Under the pieces are notes generated by a model, which worked only from the letters and a program-made list of their open reading frames with translations, ran no database searches and was not told the DNA's origin. Shown one piece after another: positions 14,218-24,800 of a DNA stretch of 64,000 nt (its first letter is position 1; every line of letters starts with the position of its first letter). The translations under genes and the position numbers were made by a program. The DNA comes from Takakia lepidozioides (taxonomy: Eukaryota > Plantae > Bryophyta): assembly GCA_030704615.1 (NCBI GenBank), contig CM060732.1, positions 50,716,001 to 50,780,000 on the forward strand, given 5' to 3'.

Positions 14218-14731
14218 TTCAATTCCGCACTCCGAAGAAATACCGTAGGCAATCCCTAACTGTACTTACGGGAACGCGCAGAGAACTTGAAAAACAGTAT
14301 GGGATGGAAGCAAAGCCAAAACACAATTTATTCAGCCTCAGTACTTGAACCGTCAAGAAATATTGGAGGTTTCAGAGGAACCACTGCCAGAGTTAATAGC
14401 AATATCATCTATGAATACAGCAGCACATACATGACGTTTTTTTTTTCCACGACCTTTATGGAGATGCGAATACAGTGTTTGTTCGGATAACACCCGTGCG
14501 CAAGCTTCCGCGTAAACCGGCAAGCGGTTGGATCTAGGGGGACTCGGGGACATGTAGTATCCTTGGAATCCGAAAGGTGTCTGCTGATTCAATGACTGGT
14601 GCAGAACTCTGGAAAGGAACAAGAGAAATGGTGGCAGATGTTAACATCCAGATATAGACAATGTTACGCAATTTTTTCGAACGGGAACGACACAAGGAAA
14701 TGCCACATATTTTGAACGACTACAGAAGAAC

Positions 14732-17700
14732 TTACTCACACTCAAAATCGGAGTCCACGTCCAGATCCTCGTCAGGCGCTTCAGGCTCCTCCAGAAGTCC
14801 CTCTTTGGATGGGGTAGAAGTAGTGTCCGACTCAAGCTGACGAAGCTCGCTCGAGAAGAGCTCCGTATCAGCTTCCATGCCGAAGAAGTGCCTTCCGGCG
14901 CTCTTGCAAGCATGAAAACATGCTCCTGCAAATCCAAGAAGAACGAGAAATAAAAACAGGGTTTCCCTAAGGTTACTGCCCATATGTCAATCACAATGTA
15001 AAGTGCCCCACCTGTGCCCATAGACAAGTCGACCACTCGTCCACCATGACGGCTGCATGTCTCCACCAAAGTCTGCATGAAAGCTGGAGATTTCTCCCGT
15101 GCACCTCTCCAAGGGACACCAATCGACCTTTTCATAGTTCGACCTGAGTCCACGTAATTGAAGAGAACATCATCCTCCATAGGCTCGCAGGTGGGGTCAA
15201 TATGAGCTGCAAGGTCCCTCATCTGGAACTCAGCAACACCAGGAGGAAGAGTGTCCTTCCGCCTCACCAGGCACAAAGCTTCGAACACCCGTGTCTGTCA
15301 ACAATGAGGAAGAGAGCATGAGACAGAAGGCATAACCCAGCATTTTTATTTACCGAAAAAACAACGAAACATGAATTGAAAGGAACCAACTCACTTTCTG
15401 CCCGGGAACTTGCCCTTCGTAAGAGGCAGAGTATTGATGCATGTCCAAGTTTTGATGACACGAAACCCTGAGGCTTTCATGTAGCTGAAAAGAGTTCTTC
15501 GGGCCGACATGTCCTTTGACTGCATGAGAAGAAGAGCCCCCGAGTCCGAAAGGAATTTGTTGCTGAACGAGAAAGCCCACTGCCAATAACGAGAATCCGA
15601 TTTGTTCCAAGTCGGGGTCGAATTGGAAGGGAACACATCAGGGACAGGATAACCGTCAGGAATGTCCAGCACCACAAGGTCAGTCGCGTATGCCTGCTGA
15701 ACTCCATTCACCCATTCCGGTTTTTTTGTCACCTACAGGGAAAAACAGGAGACAGTGTAAGAAGCCCAATCCAAATCGAGCAGGAGATCAATCCCCTGGA
15801 AAAGCCACAACAAGATGCCAAAACACAATTATTCATACAACAGTTTAGACACAAGTGTTTACCTGAGTGAGGAACGAAACAAGCATGTCCCATGATTTCG
15901 AGGGCACCCCTTTGAATGTGGACTTCCTGGACTCCATCATTGCAAGAAAACTTTCATTCAGCACCCTACGATTGAACTGGCCCAAAACCCTGGAGGGATG
16001 TTCTCTCGCCTCGTAAGGCTGCTCCCTCGACTTTGATGTTCTCCTATCCCTCCTTGCGGGAGAAGGCTCTCTGACAGGAACCTCTGACGGTCCCTGTCCT
16101 TGCGGAGCTGCACTTTTCCCCTTCCCCTTAGGATCCCCGACAGTCTTCCCCTTTCGTTTTGGAGTGGCAGTTCTCTCGGGCTCTTTTGCAGCCAGAGTAG
16201 AAATGATTCTGTCCTGAATGTCTTTGTCTGCCAATGGGGCAATCGCTGCGGCATTGTCGTTCAGGTTTCTCAAAACAACTTCATCAAATGGTGTGTCCTG
16301 TTTTGGCAGGTCGAGGTACCACCCACAGTCTCTGAAGTGCGCCCTGCTCCAGTCTCTGGCAATACCAGCCGTGTACATTGTCTTCTCATTGGAGGGGTCA
16401 GCCCATGAATAGATGAAGTCTGGGTCATCGCTAAGGTACTTTCCCGGTATGAGGATATGATACATATACCTGAATCAAACCAAAAACCCAAACAGTCAGT
16501 CAATCGGAAAATGGAAAAGAACAGACATTCAGAAGAAGATATTGAAATAAAGGAAGGGAACACCTGGTAATCAACTTTTGCTGTCCAGAATCAACCTTGC
16601 GTTGACGCAATGTTGATTCGAGCAAAATGGGAAACACCTAGTGGTTACGTTGTATTGATAGAGACAACGACTGACAAGTGCAATACAACATTGCGTCAAC
16701 GCAATGTTGTTTTCACTCACAGATGAAATGGGAAACAATGCCTGAAAACCACCATCTGACTATGTACTGCTATGGATATTCAACATTGCGTTGGCGCAAT
16801 GTTGAATTCCTCTGTTGAAACAAACATCGATAATATATCTGATAATCGAAAGTCTCCTACAATTGCATGGAAGTTGGGGGATGCACAGGGACATTTCCAT
16901 CAATCCATACCGCCAAACAACCTTGCGTCAACGCAAGTCTGTTTGTTGGCATAGTGAAAGCTGAAAATAGCATTTGAAATAGACTCCAAACATTGTTATG
17001 TTCAAGTTGGCAGAATTGGATCTGGATTTGAACTGCCCCAAACCAGAGGAAAAGGTACATAGTCTGCGTCTCATCAACATTGCGTTGACGCAAGGCTGAT
17101 TTTCCTGTCCATTCACCCCCATTCACATGCAATAAAACGCCAGTATGGGATACCCAGATATAGGTAAGTGAAACCAGGACCATGGGAAACAACTTTGCGT
17201 CAACGCAATGTTGCTGGACAGCACATTCAGAGCCCCCAGAGATCCCTCAAAGCCATGCAAATTCGCAAATCTGAAAGTATGACAGAAGATTGCAGATGCA
17301 TGCCCTTCAAGTACCACAATTGAGTAAGGAGATCACACCTGTACAACACTCGTTTCATTGCTTGCTCGCTGTTCAGCTGGTTTTTGAACTCGTACGATCT
17401 GGAGATTCCTTTGTCTTTTTCAAACTCCCTGAAGAAGCAATTGTTCCAGACAGCGAGCTTCCACCTCCTGATATAGGCCTCCAGTGTGATCCGGGGGCAA
17501 GCCATCTGGATTTTGTAGTCTGCCATCGACTCAGCAAGTGCAGCCACTGCACGTTTTTCTAACTGCAACAAGAAAGCTTGTAAGAATTTTGGAGAGGTTG
17601 GGAGCGGAATTACGGAGCAACACACATGTCTGAAAATGGTTTGGTGGTATCCTTACCTGGCTCCAAAATGTGGCTTTGTGTAGCCACTGGTCGAATGTCT

Positions 17701-19079
17701 GGTCGCTTACAACTTTTATTGCTTGTGTCTTCGGGTCTCTCTCTGGAGTTGGAAACATATTCGTGTCTCTCACAAGAGGATCCGAGTTCCATATCTCCAA
17801 CCACCTGATTTTCGTTGCATTGTCCACCATTGAAATGGAAAGGCGATGTAGTTTCTCCTGAGTCATTTCTGGCTTGGAGCCAAACTTGTCATAGTGCACT
17901 TTCACCTGCTCCAGAAATTCTGTGCCAAGCCCTGGATCTGCTATCCTGATTTGTTTGTCGAATGCACTCATGAGGTTCTTCCTTTGATTATTCATCTCGA
18001 ACTTCATCGTGTCCTCAAGCCCAGATGCAGACCGCTGCTCTTCAGTGTGGGAATCATAGTACTCAGCTTTCGCCTTCAAGCCAGTTTCTGCTATTTCTTG
18101 CTGCATACATTGCAGGTAAAAAGAATGAAACACTGTCATTACTTGTGAGAAAATAGTAACACAGGTAGTGTCAAGAAGCTTGCAGTGTCAAAAAGCAAGC
18201 AGTGTCAAGAAGCTTACAGTGTACATGTAGTCAAGGAAAGCCTCCCTTGTCAAGCTATACCATGTGCTTGTCTTCTTCTCAGCACACCTCTTCATCTGCT
18301 GTGGACTAAGCACGTTCGTGAATGACTCCAGTGGCATCAGCCCTACCTTCTGGATGCGGAATAGAGTGTGGCACAGATTGGTGGTCACATGAGATGTTTC
18401 GTTGGACCTGGAAAAACCGTCAACTCATAAGATGATTTCTAATTGTCGAAACGAGGAACAGACACAAAGATGGAGACTTACTTGTTTATGTCGTGCATGG
18501 CTGTCAAGAGCTGCGTGACATGCCCTTTGTGATCCAGAACCATGGAAACCACGCTCCAGTGCCATTCGATGTCGTCAGAGTGCATGCTTGAAATGTAATC
18601 CATCCAGGCAAGCAGTCTGTGGTTCCCATCCCAGACAAAAACATCTTCCCCATGAATGCTTTTGTGGAGGTCTTCTTCGACAGCTTGAACTCGAACTCCC
18701 TGTTCACATCCCGCCAGCATTCATCCCAACTTTGCTCAATGTCCTCTGTTACAAGACACTCCTCTCCTTTTGTGTTCATAGTGGATACGTAGAACACTGC
18801 TGATCCCTTCACATAGCCGTGAACAAAGTCGTTCTTCAACTTTGTTATATCGTTCCTCAATGCCGGTCGAACAGCGGGCATGGAGATCATCCTGCAAAGC
18901 GGAATGACCAGGTTTCCGCCGGGAACCTCCATCGACAGAATCACCTTCGACGAGTTCACTTTTTGCCCACCCATTATCTCCTCGGCCTTGTCTTCATAGT
19001 GTCCCTCCAGTGACTCTTCATCACCTTCACCTTCTGAAGCGGCCAAATCTTCCCCCTCGGCTTTCCTTTTTCTTTTCCT
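14732..19079 (-). CDS. ParB/Srx-like domain fused to a beta-class amino-DNA (N4-C/N6-A) methyltransferase-like domain; at least 8 exons, about 960 codons, two apparent frameshifts
   Basis: Exons 19079-18482, 18407-18218, 18100-17657, 17562-17339, 16469-15863, 15732-15395, 15294-15012, 14925-14732, all GT-AG, 6 of 7 junctions phase-compatible. ParB box VRPALRNDITKLKNDFVHG...VWDGNHRLLAW. MTase motif IV-like DLVVLDIPDG, then EKSPAFMQTLVETCSRHGG, then motifs I-II VVDLSMGTGACFHACKSAGRHFFGMEAD. Start exon not resolved. Confidence 0.8.
16589..17214. repeat. Array A: 6 copies of a ~26-bp palindrome CAAC(C/A)TTGCGTYRACGCAA(G/T)GTTG, inside intron 16470-17338
   Basis: Copies start at about 16589, 16685, 16778, 16917, 17073 and 17189, separated by largely non-repeated spacers. 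Confidence 0.9.
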
Positions 19080-19125
19080 CTGCACAGAATTAATAATCTG
19101 TGAGTGTGAGATTGAGCTCCCATGC

Positions 19126-19760
19126 ATCAACCTTGCTTTGACGCAAGGTTGATTGATGGGGAAGTAACTTAGACTGAAAGGCATACAGGAAATACGTTTG
19201 GACCCAATTATGTTTTGCGTTGACGCAGGGTTGTTTTGGGAGCCTCGAAGAATGAACTTTCCCTACCTTACAGTGAGGAGAGTGGGATATCGGACGCATC
19301 CATTGTGCAAAGATATCATGAAAACCAGCCTTGCGTCAACGCAAGGTTGATTCCCTGTGCAGCCTCTGTTGGTTTCACTACAAGCTCTAAACATACAATA
19401 TGCAGGTTGGGATCAACCTTGCGTTGACGCAAGGTTGATTGTGAGCTGTCTTATCGGGGTTCAGCGAAGCAAAAATGTACAGTAAATGGAGACTCCTGTC
19501 TCTGCTTCCTCTTTGAAATCCATGATGCGTCGGAAGCATCCATGTCTCTCTACCTTGATTGTAGTGCAGTTTCTACACTGTTTTATGCCCAGCAAAAAAG
19601 CATTGAGGTCGACTTCAACCTTGCGTTGACGCAAGGTTGATGTCCACCTCAATGCTTAGCATGAAACCGTACAGATTGTGGTGCAGTTTCTGACACTGTT
19701 TTGAGCCCAGCAAATACACTTTGGAGGTCGACTTCAACCTTGCGTTGACGCAAGGTTGAT
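19126..19760. repeat. Array B: 6 copies of the same palindrome, upstream of (or in the first intron of) the ParB-MTase gene
   Basis: Copies start at about 19126, 19211 (degenerate), 19325, 19412, 19615 and 19734. The last two sit within a ~120-bp duplication. Confidence 0.9.
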
Positions 19761-19774
19761 GTCGTCCTCAATGC

Positions 19775-20230
19775 TTAGCATGAAACAGAGAGAGAAAATG
19801 ATGCTCCTGTCGCGTTCAATTTTTCCATGCGGTCTTCAGGTAGCATGCTTCCAAGGAGGTCGCGATGGTGCGAAACAGGGGCAGACGGCCGCGTTCCTAC
19901 GTCCGTTTGTTCTCCCTGGTCTTTGAAGGCCAGGTTCTGTACACTCACTGCTTCCTCCCGAGCCCAGCTTACTTCCTCCTCATCCCCTCCTTCGATTGCA
20001 GGTTGCTCGTCTGTCGCCTCCTGGATCACTTCAAGACCTTCCTCTCCACACTGCGGTTGCTGTATCCTCTTTTGCCCTGCCTCTTCCTCATCTCGCGGGG
20101 TTTCTTCTCCCATTCTAAGCTCCCGTCTCGCCTTTCTCATCCTCTCCTTAGCGCGTGCCCTTTCCTTGTTTGACGTGAAATACAGTGTTCTTCGACGCCT
20201 GCTTCTCCCTCGAAGTAGGGACACCGTCTC
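19775..20230 (-). other. Charged low-complexity ORF; possible 5' exon of the ParB-MTase gene or a separate small cargo gene
   Basis: 149-aa R/E-rich open frame preceded by a pyrimidine tract plus CAG acceptor; no recognisable domain and no clear donor site. Confidence 0.3.
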
Positions 20231-20389
20231 TGCGGAATCCAGGGTTGCAAAGAAAATGAGTTACTCAGGCAAAACGAACACTATCTGAGGTTCATCGCGG
20301 GGCCTTCAACGCCAAGATGTTCGCTCGGACCGTTCAGTGCGCCACCGACTCAATCCACATGCATGGCGAACACGTGTCTATGTAGTCGT

Positions 20390-20570
20390 TATGTAAAACG
20401 GCCGGAATTATTGAAACATCATCCTTCCAAAAATGTAATCGGGGTATCTCTACCCCTATGTTTAACGGCGGAGATCAATGAATCATCATCCTTACAAAAT
20501 TCGTTGGGGTCTAACCCTATGTTTAACGACAGATATCATTCAAACATCATCCATCCAAAATCGTTAGGGT
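20390..20570. repeat. Three copies of a ~61-67-bp degenerate repeat in the divergent intergenic region
   Basis: TATGTTTAACG...CATCATCC...AAAA...GGGT unit at about 20390, 20457 and 20518. Confidence 0.75.
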
Positions 20571-20850
20571 GTAATCGACTCTCATCTGAAAAAATTCATT
20601 GTTGGGTAATTTAGGGTGGAATGTTCCAGAGGAATGAGAATTATATTCAGTTGTGCAGCGGTGCAGTCGCCGTCAAAATTGAATGGAAATGGCATCTCTT
20701 TTGGCCTCCCTGACATGACAACGACATTGGCGGCTCTGTCAGTGAATCTGTCAGCTATTTGCACTGGTGGTGCAATTCTGAGAGAACAATTGTGTATGAG
20801 GACGCCAAAACTCCACTCTCACACAACCTGCATTCAGAAACCATCGGACT

Positions 20851-23800
20851 TTGAACTGTACTTTCTGTAGCAACATCGACATATGGCTTCCCAGGTTGTG
20901 GGCTTCCCTTGACGCGGACTTCTTCAGTGACGACCACCCTGTTCCATTTTCTTACGAGGTGGAAGATGATGGTTTTGCGGTGGTTCATGAACTCGTCCTC
21001 GCAATGCAGTTTCGGTTGGAAAATGGTAGTCTATTCCTTCAGAGGGAAGTGTACGATGCCAATGGAAAACTGCTCAAGTACGCGTTCCAGAAACCATCGC
21101 AAACTGCACCAACCACGCAATGGAGAGTGCCTCCAGGCAGATACAGGGTGCTGAGTGCTCCTCTGAGACAGTCTGCAGGATCGTTCGTAACTCCTGCACG
21201 GCAGCATCAGTGGCCCAGGAGAAGACACCAGTGGTTGTGAAGAAGGAGGCGACTGCCGTTAACACTGTAGTTGACCTTTCGGACTCATCCTCCGATGACA
21301 CATGTGCAATTCCGCCTGTGGATCAGCCATGTCCACATGTAGAACCAGATGTGGAGGAGATCTCCAGTGTCATTCCTAATTGAAAGCGATGGGTGGGATG
21401 GCAGGATTCAAGAGTGAGTTGAGGGGGATAGACTGGAGCACCCTCGCCTGAAAGGGTGGCATTCTTGCCGGAATCGTTTGATGGTAATACTGTTTTTGAG
21501 CTGCCTCCTCCTGGTCGCGTGGGGGGGATTTCCAGTCTCCTGGAAGGAATGGACAAAAGCACGATGGGCACCCTTGGTGCCGCACAAAACATCCAATATT
21601 CACAACAACGACAACCTCATATTCAGGCGAACAGTCTGTAATGGGCACCTGAAATGCGAGAACAGAAATGCAGACACTTCGCATTGTCAGGTGTGCAAAA
21701 CCAAAGCGAATGGGATGGAGTCAGTGAGAATCCATTCAAGCCTGGGGTAACACCACCATACAGTAACACTTTTGTGTGCAAGTTCTGTAGGGTACCACCT
21801 TGCTGCCTTGCTTTGTGTGGCGCCAGAATGTATTATGTGGTGCATCGATTCAAAAACCTGACTAGAGCCTGTGTCCATTTCGGTTTTCACAACCACCCTG
21901 TGTCCAAGGGGGATTATAGGGAGAGCGTTGACACAGTCTCTCGTCTGATAAGGCAAGAGTTGGATACCAATCCAACTGGCACCACATCTGCAATTGCCAT
22001 GGGGGCGAGCAAGTCCTTTCTGGAAAGCCGTATTCTGTGTGCATCAAATTCGGTTGGACGAATGCTGGAAGGACCAGCTTTGGACACTGTTATGGACCAT
22101 TTCTCTGCTTTGACTTCTCCAAACATTAGGAATCAGGTGAACGCTTTAAGAATGGGCTCTGGGAGCCGAGGTTATATGGACAATATTATGGATTTGAAGA
22201 AAAGGAGCATGTACGACTACATCCAAGACAGCGTTTTCCCGGGACAAGGAGCCAGGAAAGTGTTCTTGTTCAAAATGTCCACAAAAGGTGAGGGCAGCGG
22301 GGTCAGCCTGGTTAAACGTATGCAGAAGGGTGGCGATCTTGGCAACTGCTTCCTTATGTTCGATCATGTCAAGAGAGTTAAAGACTGGACCACAATGGCA
22401 TGTCATGTTTACGACCCTGTGTACCAGCGGGTCATGACAATTGCAATGTGTGACATGCAGTCAGAGGACACAGACTCACAGCAGCTCATGTGGGAAGCTC
22501 TCATTCGTGTTATGGCCTCCAATGGTCTCCCATCTCCCAATTTCGTTGGTTTCATGGCCGATAGTGCTCAAGCTAACTTCAATGCTGTCCGCATTGTGTT
22601 CGGGTCGGGAGATCCAAAAGTGCCAATGCCTGGAAGAGAACGTACGTGTCTTTTCCATTGGACACAATCCCTCGACAAACACACAAAGACGTACATCAAG
22701 CCAGATATGCAGAGTATGCATCGTCAACTGTGCAAACAGTACAAAGACGCCAAAACTATGGGGGAAGCGAATACATTGTTCCAGACAATTCGTGCCTGGT
22801 GGTACTCATCTGGAGCGGCATCGGAGGACAGCATGAGGGCACTGCAAGACTGGTTCGCATTTTGGCACTTCCGTTACCGACAGTGGGGAGCGGCCATGAC
22901 AACGGTGAGTGGTTTGCATTCAAAAGTTTGTTTGGGTGCTTCCAATATATCTTTCAGGGTCCAACTCTAATATGGGCTTTGTGTTTTTTTGCCTTGCAGC
23001 ATATGTCCATTGAGGAGATGGCGGACATGCCTTCTTGCAATCTTGCGGAGACAGTGCACAATGCCTGGTTGCAGCAATCCGGCAAAAAAGGGAGAGATTT
23101 GTATGCAGCGACGGCCGATGACCTTATTCGTGCTCTACAGCAGCAAACTAGATACAGGTCATTCTTGAGGGGTGGCCTTGGTGGCAAAGGTCCGGACAGG
23201 AGCGAGTTGATGTTGCGGGCAGCTGGAAGATCAGGGGATCCTAGCAAAATAGCGCGGGCAGTGAGCATATGTGCAGATGGCACCCCTCTCGTGGGAAGAG
23301 TTCCCCATCTGGAAGGCGAAGAGAGATTCGGGTCTTGCAAACGGAAATTGGACACCCCTCCGGGATCGGATGCAGATTCCCATAGGGCGGACAGGGTCAA
23401 CTTCTCGACGCCACGTGTTCCCTTGGATCAGAGATGGAATTGCGGAACATCCACAGGTGAGGGCTACTCTGCCCCAGACCGGACCCCTGCATCAAGCACT
23501 GTCACTGCAATGGTTGAAGACCAGAACGTGGTGTCGCATATAATCGAGTCTGAGGGCTTGGACAATGTTTGGCATATAGAACGCACAAGTGCTGGATCGC
23601 GTGTGAAATGCGCGGCGATCAGGGCCACCAATCATGAAAAATGTACATCATTAATATCCAGAGGGAAAGAACGCACTGCAGCTCCTACATTCACGGGTTT
23701 GTTTCTCCCTTACGGACAAGGCGAGGCAAAGAACCACAAGTTCTGGTTCTGCGCTGACGATTGTGGGAGATGTGTGCATGGTACAGTGAGGCCTTCCGTG

Positions 23801-24382
23801 GTAAGGAAGCCTACTCCACCAACCGTGTGGCCTGTGAAGATGGGCACAGGTCTCACTCACCGAGAGATCGCAATGCTGGAAGAGGCGGGTTTCTCCCTAG
23901 CCAGACATTCCATTGCACGTGAAGGTGCTTCAAGTGGAAGCGGTTCACGGGTACCTCCGCCTGACGCTCACTTGTGGCCAACCAGACGGAATGGGAAGTT
24001 GGTTCGACGATTCCCTCCAACCGCAGAACACTACGGAAAAATTGAGTCCGCCAGAATGCTTCACGTTCGTGTTGCGGGAACAATGGAAGTGCCTGATCCA
24101 GGGTATGGTCGGGTCTTCACCATGATCTCATCCGCATCTCCGCTGCAGGACAGGACGTACGAAATCACTGTTTCCAATTTTCCCAATTGTACATGTCCTG
24201 ATTTTGTTGGTATGCTTTCAAGTAGTTTGGGAAAGAGAGGGAAGTTCATACCGTGCAAACACCTTTATTTCGTCTTCTTGAGAAGGATGGTTTGTGATCC
24301 AAAGCGGGACTTCTTCATTCACCAAGCCACTATGAGTTTCAACGAAGTCAACACACTTCTACAGCGGGATACAAGCCCATAA
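20851..24382 (+). pseudogene. Mutator-like transposase: GCM/WRKY-like zinc domain, DDE core and C-terminal SWIM finger
   Basis: CKFC...CGARMYYV...CVHFGFHNHP; catalytic candidates MFDH, FMADS, CLFH and, after phase-0 intron 22905-22999, CNLAETVHN; SWIM CTCPDF...PCKHLYFV. Open from 21654 to 24382 after splicing; the N-terminal part (20851-21660) has stops and frameshifts. Confidence 0.85.
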
Positions 24383-24560
24383 AAATCTATGTTTTCCTTG
24401 ACTACAACTTGTAATGGAATGACTGTTCAAGTCCAGTGACTCTCAATGTATGTCGTCTAACATCTTTGCTATGCGTGGGTCAATGCATTTGTCGCATTGG
24501 TTTGTCATTCTCTTTTCATTAGCAAACACAAGAAACTACCTTCAGATAGACAGATGATCA

Positions 24561-24800
24561 AATCAACCTCGTCTCAACACGAGGTTTACTTGAAGTTCTC
24601 CAAATCCTCCTTGTGTTGACACAAGGATGATTTTAGTTCTCAGAAAACAACATCGTGTCAACACGAAGTTCATTTTTGTTCCAGGAAAACAACCTCGTGT
24701 TAACACGAGGTTTTGTTGAAGTTCTCCAAATCCCCCTTGTGTCGACACTAGGTTCATTTCAGTTCTACGAAATGAAGCTCCTGTTAACAGAAGGTTGAAC
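24561..24800. repeat. Array C: 6 x ~42-bp tandem repeat with palindromic core AACCTCGTGTYRACACGAGGTT
   Basis: Units start at about 24561, 24603, 24646, 24688, 24729 and 24771; centres read CTCAAC, GTTGAC, GTCAAC, GTTAAC, GTCGAC, GTTAAC. Confidence 0.88.

Noticed and set aside
13837-14259. 140-aa proline-rich ORF with an internal repeat
   Set aside because: It is a by-product of poly-C tracts and the 111-bp duplication.
14732-19079. Bacterial or phage contamination as the source of the ParB-MTase gene
   Set aside because: The gene has seven GT-AG spliceosomal introns and lies inside plant CACTA TIRs with a TSD.
16589-19760. CRISPR array interpretation of the palindrome-plus-spacer arrays
   Set aside because: Spacers are long and irregular (about 60-180 bp), repeats are fully dyad-symmetric, there are no cas genes, and the context is a eukaryotic intron.
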